From positions 64,632 to 128,631 of the forward strand of contig JAPPNK010000020.1 of the NCBI GenBank assembly GCA_028818695.1: a stretch of 64,000 nt of DNA, written 5' to 3'. The notes below the pieces were generated by a model, which made no database searches, was not told where the DNA came from, and saw nothing but the letters and a program-made list of their open reading frames with translations. The stretch's first letter is position 1. The number at the start of each line of letters is the position of its first letter. The DNA comes from Candidatus Poribacteria bacterium (GTDB taxonomy: Bacteria > Poribacteria > WGA-4E > GCA-2687025). This document shows, one piece after another, positions 1 to 8,396 of the stretch. The position numbers and the translations under genes are program-made.

Positions 1-376
1 CATTAAAGCATGCGCGGTTTAAGAATAGAAAATCCAGCGGATCTCCATGCTGGTTGAACCGTTCTCGGACAGCGTAGTAGTGTTCGCCTTCCGAGCGCCG
101 TAACTCAGCGCCTTCTTCCTTGAGAAAGCGCCGCGCTGAATCAGCGGTGATTTGGCCGTCGGCGACCGCTTGATAAAAGCGGATGATGTGCGGGTTGGAA
201 TCAGCCAGCAACGCTTGCTTTGGGCGGATATTGAACGCGACAGCGCCCGATCCCATGAACGGCTCAATCCATCTCCCGCCGAAGTCGGACGGTACCGCTG
301 AACGTATCCATGGCGTCAGTTTGGTCTTGATGCCTTGACATTTGATCGGAGGTACGAGCGTTCTGTCGAGATTCAT
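1..376 (-). CDS. Dam / M.EcoRV-family N6-adenine DNA methyltransferase, N-terminal part only (gene runs off the window start)
   Basis: Hand translation of minus strand from ATG at 376-374: [20 protein letters not shown]...[11 protein letters not shown] (FxGxG SAM motif)...[12 protein letters not shown]...[26 protein letters not shown], matching recalled Dam-family motifs. Not in the ORF track because no stop lies inside the window; track ORF 19..267 is a different frame. ATG overlaps the upstream endonuclease stop (ATGA). Confidence 0.8.
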   Translation of the reverse strand, partial: MNLDRTLVPPIKCQGIKTKLTPWIRSAVPSDFGGRWIEPFMGSGAVAFNIRPKQALLADSNPHIIRFYQAVADGQITADSARRFLKEEGAELRRSEGEHYYAVRERFNQHGDPLDFLFLNRACFN

Positions 377-1206
377 TTGCGGTTGTTTCTTAGGACAATG
401 AGAGATGCGTCGCCGCCTCGGTATTGGACAAACTCTTTGAGCGAGGTGATCTGCTTCATTTCTCCGGTTTCCCCTTTCACGGTGATTTTACCATAATTCA
501 TCCAGTAGTCGTCAAACCATTCTTCGCCGAGCTTTGCGAACATTCCGTTTCCAGACAGAATATCCTCGATTCGCTGAATGCTCCCGATATTCGCTGTGTT
601 GCCCGACCCTCTCTTGTCGCTTGCGATCTTCCATTTTTCGGTCACAAAAAACTGGATGTTGGAGATGGTCGATGCTATGGACTGGAGTTTGTCAAGGGAA
701 TGCGGCTGTACTCTGTCTCCTGTTGAGCTGTCTAACCGGTCGTAGATGATTCCGATGCAAAAATGGCCCGCGTAGGAATCATAGGGAAACTGGATATTTT
801 TCACGCTTGAGCGGTCTCTAAAATATCTCCCATGCGATCCCAATGTGAAACCGTTGCAGAGCCAAGGTTTCTTGGGGTTGCGGTATGTCGTTTTGAAATC
901 CACGGCGAATCTTATTCTTTCATCGTCCTTCGAGACAAAGGAAATGTCTGGATAGTAATTTTGATGCTCTGGAAGAACGACTGCAAGGCGTTGCCGTTCG
1001 GCAAACTCAAGAATTTTGGGGAACAGGTGAATCTCCAAGATTTTGGATACGACCTTTGTATCTGCCGAAATCGTGTAGATTTGCCGAGAAATATCGATAA
1101 ATCCCTTGACAGCCCATTGTCCGTCCGGCGCGCTGGCATGATCGGAAAGGGCGCTTTTCCATGCGTTCAGAGCCGATTCAAAGTCGCTTTTTGTCAGTAT
1201 GGACAT
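373..1206 (-). CDS. EcoRV-family Type II restriction endonuclease (PD...D-x-K)
   Basis: 277 aa ORF. Blocks match recalled R.EcoRV: [19 protein letters not shown] (Q-loop/PD), AVDFKTTY (D-x-K), [11 protein letters not shown] (R-loop-like recognition segment), DYWMNY. GC about 48% in a sampled line versus >60% flanking. Confidence 0.85.
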   Translation of the reverse strand: MSILTKSDFESALNAWKSALSDHASAPDGQWAVKGFIDISRQIYTISADTKVVSKILEIHLFPKILEFAERQRLAVVLPEHQNYYPDISFVSKDDERIRFAVDFKTTYRNPKKPWLCNGFTLGSHGRYFRDRSSVKNIQFPYDSYAGHFCIGIIYDRLDSSTGDRVQPHSLDKLQSIASTISNIQFFVTEKWKIASDKRGSGNTANIGSIQRIEDILSGNGMFAKLGEEWFDDYWMNYGKITVKGETGEMKQITSLKEFVQYRGGDASLIVLRNNRK

Positions 1207-2007
1207 CTATGCGCTCCAGATTGTGCCGTTCTCTTTGCGTACGATCTTTTTAATATCGCGGTAGCCGGCGCGGGAAACCAGCTCGCGCGTTTCAGGCGAC
1301 AGCCGCGACACGATCGGCTCAGGCAGGTCCCCCATCGGTTTGAACTGCAGATGGTACCGCAGAACCAGAATGCGCCGAATGCGGTCGGTAGGCTTCCAGC
1401 GCAAGGCTCCGTGCGTCAGCCGCTCGGTGATGACGACAAAATCGCCCGCCCGCGGACAGATATTGAGAACGCCGGGCGGGAGCTCATCGGCGTCGTCGAA
1501 CGACTCCTTCCCAAACAGATCCTTGGGGCGGTCGAATTCGCTTTTGTGCGAGCCTGCGACCACGATGACGCCGCCGTCGTCGGGGTTCACATCGTCCAGA
1601 TATGGAAAGACGACAATATGATCCGCAAAGACGCGCCCATGCCGAACCGCGTAAGGAGGCGTCGTCCAGTGGTAATCGTCGCGGGCGCAGTGAAGACGGA
1701 GAGGCGCGTCCCCCGCCGCGTTGATCTGCAGCGTTCCGCTTGTGAGACGGGGCCGGTTGTCCAGCAGCTCTTTGACGACCGGCCATGTCGTTGGGTGAAG
1801 CGCAAGCCGCTCCAACGCCTTGTCGAAGGCGAACCCATGGAGGTACCGCCTGTTGTCGACGCCGAAGCCCGACGGCAGCCGTTCGGGCGGCGCGTCGATA
1901 TACCGCTGGGACGCCTCCTGCGCCGCCGCCAGCTCCTCGGCGGTCATCGCGTTTGGGATATGCAGATAGCCGAATGTGTCGAACAGATATCGTTGCTCAG
2001 GCGTCAT
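1207..2007 (-). CDS. Phytanoyl-CoA dioxygenase (PhyH) family Fe(II)/2-oxoglutarate oxygenase
   Basis: 266 aa; overall PhyH-like pattern with His/Asp-containing segments (HCARDDYHW, AGSHKSE, ERLTHGAL). Host-like GC. Its TAG stop directly abuts the endonuclease ATG. Confidence 0.7.
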   Translation of the reverse strand: MTPEQRYLFDTFGYLHIPNAMTAEELAAAQEASQRYIDAPPERLPSGFGVDNRRYLHGFAFDKALERLALHPTTWPVVKELLDNRPRLTSGTLQINAAGDAPLRLHCARDDYHWTTPPYAVRHGRVFADHIVVFPYLDDVNPDDGGVIVVAGSHKSEFDRPKDLFGKESFDDADELPPGVLNICPRAGDFVVITERLTHGALRWKPTDRIRRILVLRYHLQFKPMGDLPEPIVSRLSPETRELVSRAGYRDIKKIVRKENGTIWSA

Positions 2008-2031
2008 ACGGGTCTCCTTCTGCTGCGCGGT

Positions 2032-2790
2032 TCATTCGTCAAACAGAAAAACGTTGCCGTGAATCGGATCTCCTGGACCTGTGAAATACTCCTTGCCTTG
2101 TATCGTTGCCGCATGGCAATCTAGACATGGGGCGAAGTTGAAAATGCCGTGCGTCTCATGGTCGGCGATGATCTCCTCCGTGCTGTGGACATGGCAGCCG
2201 ATGCAGGCGTGTTCGTTGTATCGGTTGCGGTATTCATGGCACATGGCGCAGGCGGCGTCATGGACAACCTCGCCCTTGGGCGTTTTCGCTTCTAAGGGGA
2301 ACCATGGGTGGCGCACTTTATGAATGCCATGCCCGATGAAGCCGACGATGAGCGCGATGACAGATATGAGATGAATCCGCAGGGCGTAGTAACGAACCCA
2401 CCGCTTCGTGAAGTGGGTCACAAACCCTGTCAGCATCGCAAAGGAGGCGAGCGCCAGAGCCGCCCATCCGCCGAACGAAGCGGGGGCCATTGCCGTGTGG
2501 ATGACGATCAGCGCAAAGCCGGCTCCCGCAAAAAACCAGTGCGCTTTGAGCCAGCGCGCCTGATGTCCAAAGCGTATCCATCGGCGGCGGCGCCGAAGCG
2601 CAAACGGCATGTTCAGCATAAAACAGACGACGCCGACAATGCTGATCGGATGTCGAATCAGGTCGTAACGCTCGACCCATGTTGCAGCCGCCCAGACCGC
2701 CAGCCCCGCCAAAGCGGCTCCCAGCGAGACATAATAAAGCCCGCGAACCCAGTATGCGACAAAGCCGCTTTTCCAACGTATTAGCGCCAT
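2032..2790 (-). CDS. Membrane-anchored multihaem c-type cytochrome (three CxxCH)
   Basis: N-terminal hydrophobic segments, then CAMCH, CIGCH and CLDCH haem-binding motifs. Start taken at internal Met (MALIRW); the track ORF extends to 2838. Confidence 0.65.
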   Translation of the reverse strand: MALIRWKSGFVAYWVRGLYYVSLGAALAGLAVWAAATWVERYDLIRHPISIVGVVCFMLNMPFALRRRRRWIRFGHQARWLKAHWFFAGAGFALIVIHTAMAPASFGGWAALALASFAMLTGFVTHFTKRWVRYYALRIHLISVIALIVGFIGHGIHKVRHPWFPLEAKTPKGEVVHDAACAMCHEYRNRYNEHACIGCHVHSTEEIIADHETHGIFNFAPCLDCHAATIQGKEYFTGPGDPIHGNVFLFDE

Positions 2791-2877
2791 CGGCTCTCCT
2801 TGACTATAATGCATACGATACGATGAAACGCTGCGCATTCCAAGAGGCGCAGGCGAACAAAGCGTTGGGAGAAACAG

Positions 2878-3942
2878 ATGGACCGCGTCAAGATCGCTCT
2901 TGTGGGCGTCGGAAATCGCGGCAGGAACACTTATCTGCCGATCATACAGATTTTAAAGCGCGACCTTGAGTTTGCCGCGGTGTGCGACGTTCGGGCGGAC
3001 GCCGCCGAAGAAGCGGGAGGATTTGCCGGCGTCCCCGCTTACACCGACCTTGAAAAGATGGTCTCGGAGACGCAGCCCGATGTGTGCGCCGTCGTTGTCA
3101 ATCCGAGCCGAACCCATGAGGCGGGCGTCCCGCTCGCGCAGATGGGCGTCAGCTACAGTACCGAAACGCCCATCAACTCAAGCCTGGAGAGGGCGGACGA
3201 GATGATCGCCGCCGCCGAAAAGCATGGGGTGAAGATTGAGGTGAACGAGCAGTACTACCGCGTCCCGACGGAGCGCATCAAGCGGCAGATGATCCTGGAA
3301 GGCGTCTTTGGAAAGGTGTTGACGGCGTACAACGACTTCCGCGGGCATGGCTACCATGGCGTCGGCTTGATCCGCAGCTACATCGGCTTTGAAGTGAGGG
3401 CGAAGCGGGTATTCGGCTTTGTTCGAACGCATGCGGTTCAAAGCCACTACTACCGCGGTAGAAATCCGAAGGATGAGAGCTGGCAGCATGGCGTCATTGA
3501 GTTTGAAAACGGCAGCGTCGGCATTTTCAACTTCTCAAGCCTGTCGTACGGCTCGCCGCTGCGCCGTTTCAGGTCGACCAAGTTCTTTGGCGAGCGCGGT
3601 TTTTGCGTCAAGGAGGAGGCGTCCGTGTTGGACGATTCCGCTTCAAAGCAGCGGCAAATTGCGATCAAGCGGCGGACGCACACGGTCGACGGCGTGGAGA
3701 CGATCGCGGCGATGGAAGCGGACGCGCCGACGCCTGTTGTCTGGGAAAACCCGCTGCGGGACTATCCGCTCAGCGAAGGGCAGATCTCCGTCGCGTCGGA
3801 GATCATGAGCATCGCAAACGCGGTTCGACACGGTACCGATCCTGAATACGGTCCGCATAACGGACGCGCCGACCGAGAGATTGATCTGGCGATGTCGCGC
3901 TCTTGGGGTTCCGGCGGCGCCGCTGTAGAATTGCCGCTTTGA
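2878..3942 (+). CDS. Gfo/Idh/MocA family oxidoreductase
   Basis: 354 aa; N-terminal Rossmann motif KIALVGVGNRG and C-terminal alpha/beta domain typical of the family. Confidence 0.8.
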   Translation: MDRVKIALVGVGNRGRNTYLPIIQILKRDLEFAAVCDVRADAAEEAGGFAGVPAYTDLEKMVSETQPDVCAVVVNPSRTHEAGVPLAQMGVSYSTETPINSSLERADEMIAAAEKHGVKIEVNEQYYRVPTERIKRQMILEGVFGKVLTAYNDFRGHGYHGVGLIRSYIGFEVRAKRVFGFVRTHAVQSHYYRGRNPKDESWQHGVIEFENGSVGIFNFSSLSYGSPLRRFRSTKFFGERGFCVKEEASVLDDSASKQRQIAIKRRTHTVDGVETIAAMEADAPTPVVWENPLRDYPLSEGQISVASEIMSIANAVRHGTDPEYGPHNGRADREIDLAMSRSWGSGGAAVELPL

Positions 3943-3965
3943 CAGACAGCGTTGAAGAGACCCGC

Positions 3966-4280
3966 ATGGAATCGAACTGGATCACCTTGACAGAGGCGGC
4001 AGAGCGGATGCAGGAGCTGTATGCAAGCTCGGGCCGCTCCGTCTCCCGCAAGACGGTCAGCCGATGGGCTGCAAGCGGCAAAATCGAGGCGAAGCGGGAG
4101 GGGCGGTACTGGAAAGTGAACGCAGAGTCGCTCTGCGCCGCGGCGGCGGAGACGCTTGGAGAGATGGACGTTGAGGCGGAGCTGGCGGAGCCGGCGGAGG
4201 ACGCTGTCGGCGCGCTGCGGCGGTTCATACAGCGGCGGAACGCGCTTTTTTTGCGCGACCTTGAAGACGGCGTGGATTGA
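3966..4280 (+). CDS. Small helix-turn-helix DNA-binding protein (excisionase/MerR-like HTH)
   Basis: Internal Met start MESNWITLTEAAERM...SRKTVSRWAASGKIEAKREGRYWKV resembles excisionase-type HTH; overlaps the 3' end of the upstream oxidoreductase gene. Confidence 0.45.
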   Translation: MESNWITLTEAAERMQELYASSGRSVSRKTVSRWAASGKIEAKREGRYWKVNAESLCAAAAETLGEMDVEAELAEPAEDAVGALRRFIQRRNALFLRDLEDGVD

Positions 4281-4286
4281 CCGAAC

Positions 4287-5240
4287 GTGAAGATACTGGT
4301 CTATCTGCGCGAGCTGAACGAATCGCACCAAAAACGCATACAGGCAGCCGCCCAAGAGCATGGGCGTTCGGTTGTCTTTGCAGAAACAAAAGAGGAGTTG
4401 ATGAAGCATGGCGCGGACGCGGAGATCCTTTTCGCGTACAGCGCCGAGGAGGTGTTTGCCGCCGTCCCGAATGTGAAATGGGTGCAGACGTCGGGCGCGG
4501 GAATTGAGAAGCAGCTGTTCCCGGCGATGATGAAAAGCGGGGCGGCGTTCACAAACGCGGCGGGCGTTTACGCGCCTCAGGCGGCGGAGCATGCGTTTGC
4601 GCTCCTGCTGGCGTTGACGCGCGGGCTGCGGGTTTCCATACGCCGTCAAGAGCGGCGCGAATGGTTTTCGACGCGCAGCTCCGTTCTGGAGATCGGAGGA
4701 TGGACGCTCGGCGTGATCGGGATGGGCGGGTTCGGTCGGGAGATGGCGAAGCGGGCGAAAGGGTTTGAGATGCGCGTCATCGCCGTCGATCCGTACTGCG
4801 CCGAAAAGCCCGCAAATGTGGACGAGCTGCTGCCGTTGGATCGGCTGCCTGACTTGCTGCGTCGGTCGGACGCCGCGATGCTGGCGTGTCCGCTCACAAA
4901 GGAGACGGAGCGGATCGTGGACGCGGACGCCCTGTCCCATATGAAGCGGACGGCGTATCTCATCAATGTGGCGCGGGGGCGTCTTGTGGACGAGGCGGCT
5001 CTGTGCGCGGCGCTGCGGTCTGGACAGATCGCGGGCGCGGGTCTGGATGTCATGGAGACGGAGCCGCTGCCGCCTGAAAGTCCGCTTTGGGAGATGGAGA
5101 ATGTTGTCCTCACATCGCATTCGGCAGGGTATTCACAGCGCCGAGCCGACCGCATGGTCAAGCTGTTTTGCGACAACCTGAGACGCTACACCCGCGGGGA
5201 ACCGCTGCAGAATGTTGTTCGGAAGGAGTTGGGCTTTTAG
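4287..5240 (+). CDS. D-isomer-specific 2-hydroxyacid dehydrogenase family protein
   Basis: 317 aa; NAD-binding GVIGMGGFGREMA, catalytic-domain motifs (INVARGRLVDEAAL, HSAGYS). Confidence 0.85.
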   Translation: MKILVYLRELNESHQKRIQAAAQEHGRSVVFAETKEELMKHGADAEILFAYSAEEVFAAVPNVKWVQTSGAGIEKQLFPAMMKSGAAFTNAAGVYAPQAAEHAFALLLALTRGLRVSIRRQERREWFSTRSSVLEIGGWTLGVIGMGGFGREMAKRAKGFEMRVIAVDPYCAEKPANVDELLPLDRLPDLLRRSDAAMLACPLTKETERIVDADALSHMKRTAYLINVARGRLVDEAALCAALRSGQIAGAGLDVMETEPLPPESPLWEMENVVLTSHSAGYSQRRADRMVKLFCDNLRRYTRGEPLQNVVRKELGF

Positions 5241-5247
5241 GCTACGC

Positions 5248-6753
5248 TCATCGAAGCATGAGAAAGGTCGACAACGGCAAACTGACGATGCGCGGATCAT
5301 CGACCGTTTCGGCATCAACTTGCGTGATGAGTATTCCGAAGGGAGCGTTATTCGCCGATTTTTCCAAAAATGAACGCAGCCCCAACGTGTCGCGGTGCGA
5401 ATCGATGCGCTTGCGGTATTTCACTTCTACAGGGATGCGATAATTGCCGACCGTCAAAACAAAATCGACTTCCTGGTCCATGCCTCTTTGCGGAAAATGA
5501 GCGACATCAAGACCGTGAATGGTTGAAGCCGCCGCGCCAAAGACGCTTTCCGCGATACGCCCCGCCATGTCTGATATTTCCGGCTGCTGCGCTAAAATGT
5601 CCGGCGCAAACGGAATCTGCTCCTGGAGCCAACAGGCGCGGAGACTATGGTCAGCCAAGCATATTTTGGGTCCTCCGCGCCTCTTTCTTAGACGGATCTC
5701 TAATGGAGGAATCAACCTCAACAGCAGCGTGTCTCCAAGCAGCTTCAAGTAGCTGACAACGCGCTGATAGTTAACGCCCGCTCCAAGCGTCAAATTCACT
5801 TCTTCCGTTAAAGTAGATGCGTTGGGAGCTTGACCTGCATAGCGGCATGCCAAGCGCAAAACCTCTTCCAATAATTCTGAGTCCCGTTGCTCCCCTCGTC
5901 CGCTCGCCTGCAGATCATGCTGAATGACTCTCTGGATGACCGTCTCATTCAGATGCCCCGTCAAATCTGCCATTGGAACATCTTTTTCTTTATGGGCTAT
6001 TGGGTAGCCGCCCCTCTCTGAAAACAACCGAAACGCTTCATTTCGAAATTCTTGAAACGCAACGCCCTGATTGCGCAGCGATATCCAATATTCTTTATCG
6101 CGTAGATTGGATATGCCGTTCGCCTCGAGAAACGGCGCCGGCGATGAAAGACCGCGCAGCGCGCCGATCTCTGTCAGCGAGAGAACGCCCGCTTCAATCG
6201 TGGTGATGCGCCCCGCGAGGCTGTCGCGCCCCGCTTCAATGCGTAAAGCCGAACTGCCCGTAACGACCGCTTTTACGGAGGCATGGTCCACGAGAGACTT
6301 CAACTGGGCGGCCCAGTCCCTTAAGTTCTGGATCTCGTCAAAAAAGAGATACGCAGGCTCGCCGTCATGCGCCAGCGCATTGAACCGTTTGGGCGCGACA
6401 TGCCGCTCAAACCAGTCTGTGACGCGTAAGATCGGCTCTCGAAGTTTTTTCAACGAATCCAGCTCGTCAAATTGAATGCGCAGGATGCGGAGCGGATGGA
6501 CGCCCTCGTCCAGCAGATCTTGAATCAGTTGGAGCTGCGCTGTCGTCTTGCCAATTTGACGCGGTCCTCGAACCACGACTGCCGGAGCCAAGCCAAGGTC
6601 TAAGCTGCGGCGAATCTGCGGAACCAGATGCCGACGAATAGACGGCAGCAGCGGCATCGCTTCACCCTCCCACCACGGGTTGAAACTGCGCAGATCAGCC
6701 GACAGATCCTGGGGAAGATTTATATCAGCGAAGAACTCTAATTGATCAGCCAT
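5248..6753 (-). CDS. AAA+ ATPase (COG1373 / DUF4143-type ATP-binding protein)
   Basis: 501 aa; Walker A GPRQIGKTT, Walker B-like LFFDEIQ, C-terminal region typical of DUF4143 proteins. Confidence 0.75.
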   Translation of the reverse strand: MADQLEFFADINLPQDLSADLRSFNPWWEGEAMPLLPSIRRHLVPQIRRSLDLGLAPAVVVRGPRQIGKTTAQLQLIQDLLDEGVHPLRILRIQFDELDSLKKLREPILRVTDWFERHVAPKRFNALAHDGEPAYLFFDEIQNLRDWAAQLKSLVDHASVKAVVTGSSALRIEAGRDSLAGRITTIEAGVLSLTEIGALRGLSSPAPFLEANGISNLRDKEYWISLRNQGVAFQEFRNEAFRLFSERGGYPIAHKEKDVPMADLTGHLNETVIQRVIQHDLQASGRGEQRDSELLEEVLRLACRYAGQAPNASTLTEEVNLTLGAGVNYQRVVSYLKLLGDTLLLRLIPPLEIRLRKRRGGPKICLADHSLRACWLQEQIPFAPDILAQQPEISDMAGRIAESVFGAAASTIHGLDVAHFPQRGMDQEVDFVLTVGNYRIPVEVKYRKRIDSHRDTLGLRSFLEKSANNAPFGILITQVDAETVDDPRIVSLPLSTFLMLR

Positions 6754-6950
6754 GAAGCCCTTTCATTTGATAATTACAGCGCCGCCACCCGCAATGATAA
6801 TGGATGGGAGCCTGAAAGCGCAAGCCGCGGACAACTTCCCCGCGAATTCAATGGGCGGGTCGGACAGCGGCAGCGGGTTTGGGAAAAGAGCCTTTTAGCC
6901 TTTTTGTTGGCGGATGTATTGACTGGCTCTGCTTGAAGTTGCGCGGCTAT

Positions 6951-8329
6951 TCATACCTCGCTCCAGTCAATATCTGCAGCTTTAGCCCCGACGATTTTGA
7001 GACCACCCTTTTTTTCATGGCAGACCCATTTCCCCTGAAATGTATTTTCCGTAGAACTCTCTAGTTCAAATGAGAAAATCTTTTTCATGCTATCCAGAAA
7101 TTTTTTGGCAGACGGATCTGCTGTACATAGGTTTTTTGCGACCGGATCTACTATCATAAATTCCTTGTCCTTATAGTAACAACGGCTAATAAGATCATTT
7201 AAATGCCCATCAGCATAGTTAAAGGAATATCCTGTTATAATTACTCGAGAGGCATCTTCCAAGGTATTTTTTGAGTCATGCCATATATCAATGAATTCGC
7301 TGGAGATTAATGGCTTTACTTTCAGAGGAGCTATAATATATGGTAGGATAAAAGAGGGTTCAATTCCTTTTTCAAAGTTAGTGTTATCGACAACAGTATC
7401 TTGGATGAACCCAATGATAGTTTTTTCTGTATCAATAGTACATTTTTGTTGATTATCCATTTTTATGAAGTTATTCAAATTGCCATGAAAGTAGTGCGTT
7501 TTACCGTTTCCTGGACGCTTTTCAGCGAATGATGTATAATTAAGTGTTATCATATCCCAGTCATCAGGCAGCTTAGAATAAAATGGAATAGGGTTTTTAT
7601 TATATTTATACAATACTTTCTCCTCTTGATATTTTAGAAAAGCCCAGAGGGTCCACGATTGGTATATGTACTTTTTTATATTAGATATATCATTATTGTA
7701 TAGTCCTGAAAAGCTATCAGTAAGCAGGCTCTCAATATCAGTTAGGTAACTCTGAAGGTATTTCAGTACAGGATGTTTTGGTTTCGACTTAAGTAAGAGT
7801 TCACGTATAATAACTTTATAATAGTCAGTGAAGGAGGCATTATGAACATCAATCATACGTTCATCCTCGTTATCAGATTCTCCATGTCCAAAAACCTTAT
7901 AAATTAGCTTTTCAATTTCTGGATCTGCCTTTGTACCATCATGAAGATTTTGAACTTTACTGATGATTTTACTAGCTAAAAGACCCTCATCTCTATGTTC
8001 ATCATCTAGCCCGACATCGTTAATTTGAGTATCGATGTTTGTTACAATCTCATCTATTTGAGTTCTGTTATCCCGATGTAGTAACTTTCCCACGTCAGAT
8101 TCTATTATTTTTTCATATTTAAATATATTATTAAAATAGGGTAGCACGCTCTTACTCCGAAAAGTCTTATCGATGGTTCTCCCCTCGTGCGTTTTTTTAG
8201 AAAATTGTCGATACTCGGAATGAGCTCTACCGCTAAGGGTATATCAATCCCATCGCTATTGTCTACGCCTGCGCCGCAAATAACGACTGTTTTCATTTGC
8301 GTTCTTCTCGCTTTCTCGTCTCGCTTCAA
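6951..8329 (-). CDS. SIR2-like domain protein, AT-rich, interrupted by a frameshift (two overlapping ORFs 8105..8329 and 6951..8147); possible pseudogene or phase-variable gene
   Basis: Two minus-strand ORFs in different frames overlap around a T7 (plus strand) homopolymer at about 8191-8199. N-terminal piece has VVICGAGVDNSDGIDIP (GAG motif); C-terminal piece has ITLNYTSFAEK (TxNYD-like), HYFHGNL (HG) and ITGYSFNYADGHL (GYSxxD), in the order expected for prokaryotic SIR2_2 domains. A sampled 60-nt line is 35% GC. Confidence 0.5.
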
Positions 8330-8396
8330 ACATGGCTCAATGCCGTTTCTTTTCTTATGCTCAAAACGTTACCGCAAGCTCGCGATCCGTGTCAAC

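Noticed and set aside
19-267. Track ORF of 82 aa on the minus strand at the window start
   Set aside because: It is an alternative frame; the real coding frame here is the Dam/M.EcoRV-like methyltransferase (1-376), which has no stop inside the window.
3762-5120. 452-aa minus-strand ORF
   Set aside because: Antisense to the well-supported oxidoreductase, HTH and 2-hydroxyacid dehydrogenase genes; Arg/Pro/Ala-rich composition typical of spurious ORFs in GC-rich DNA.
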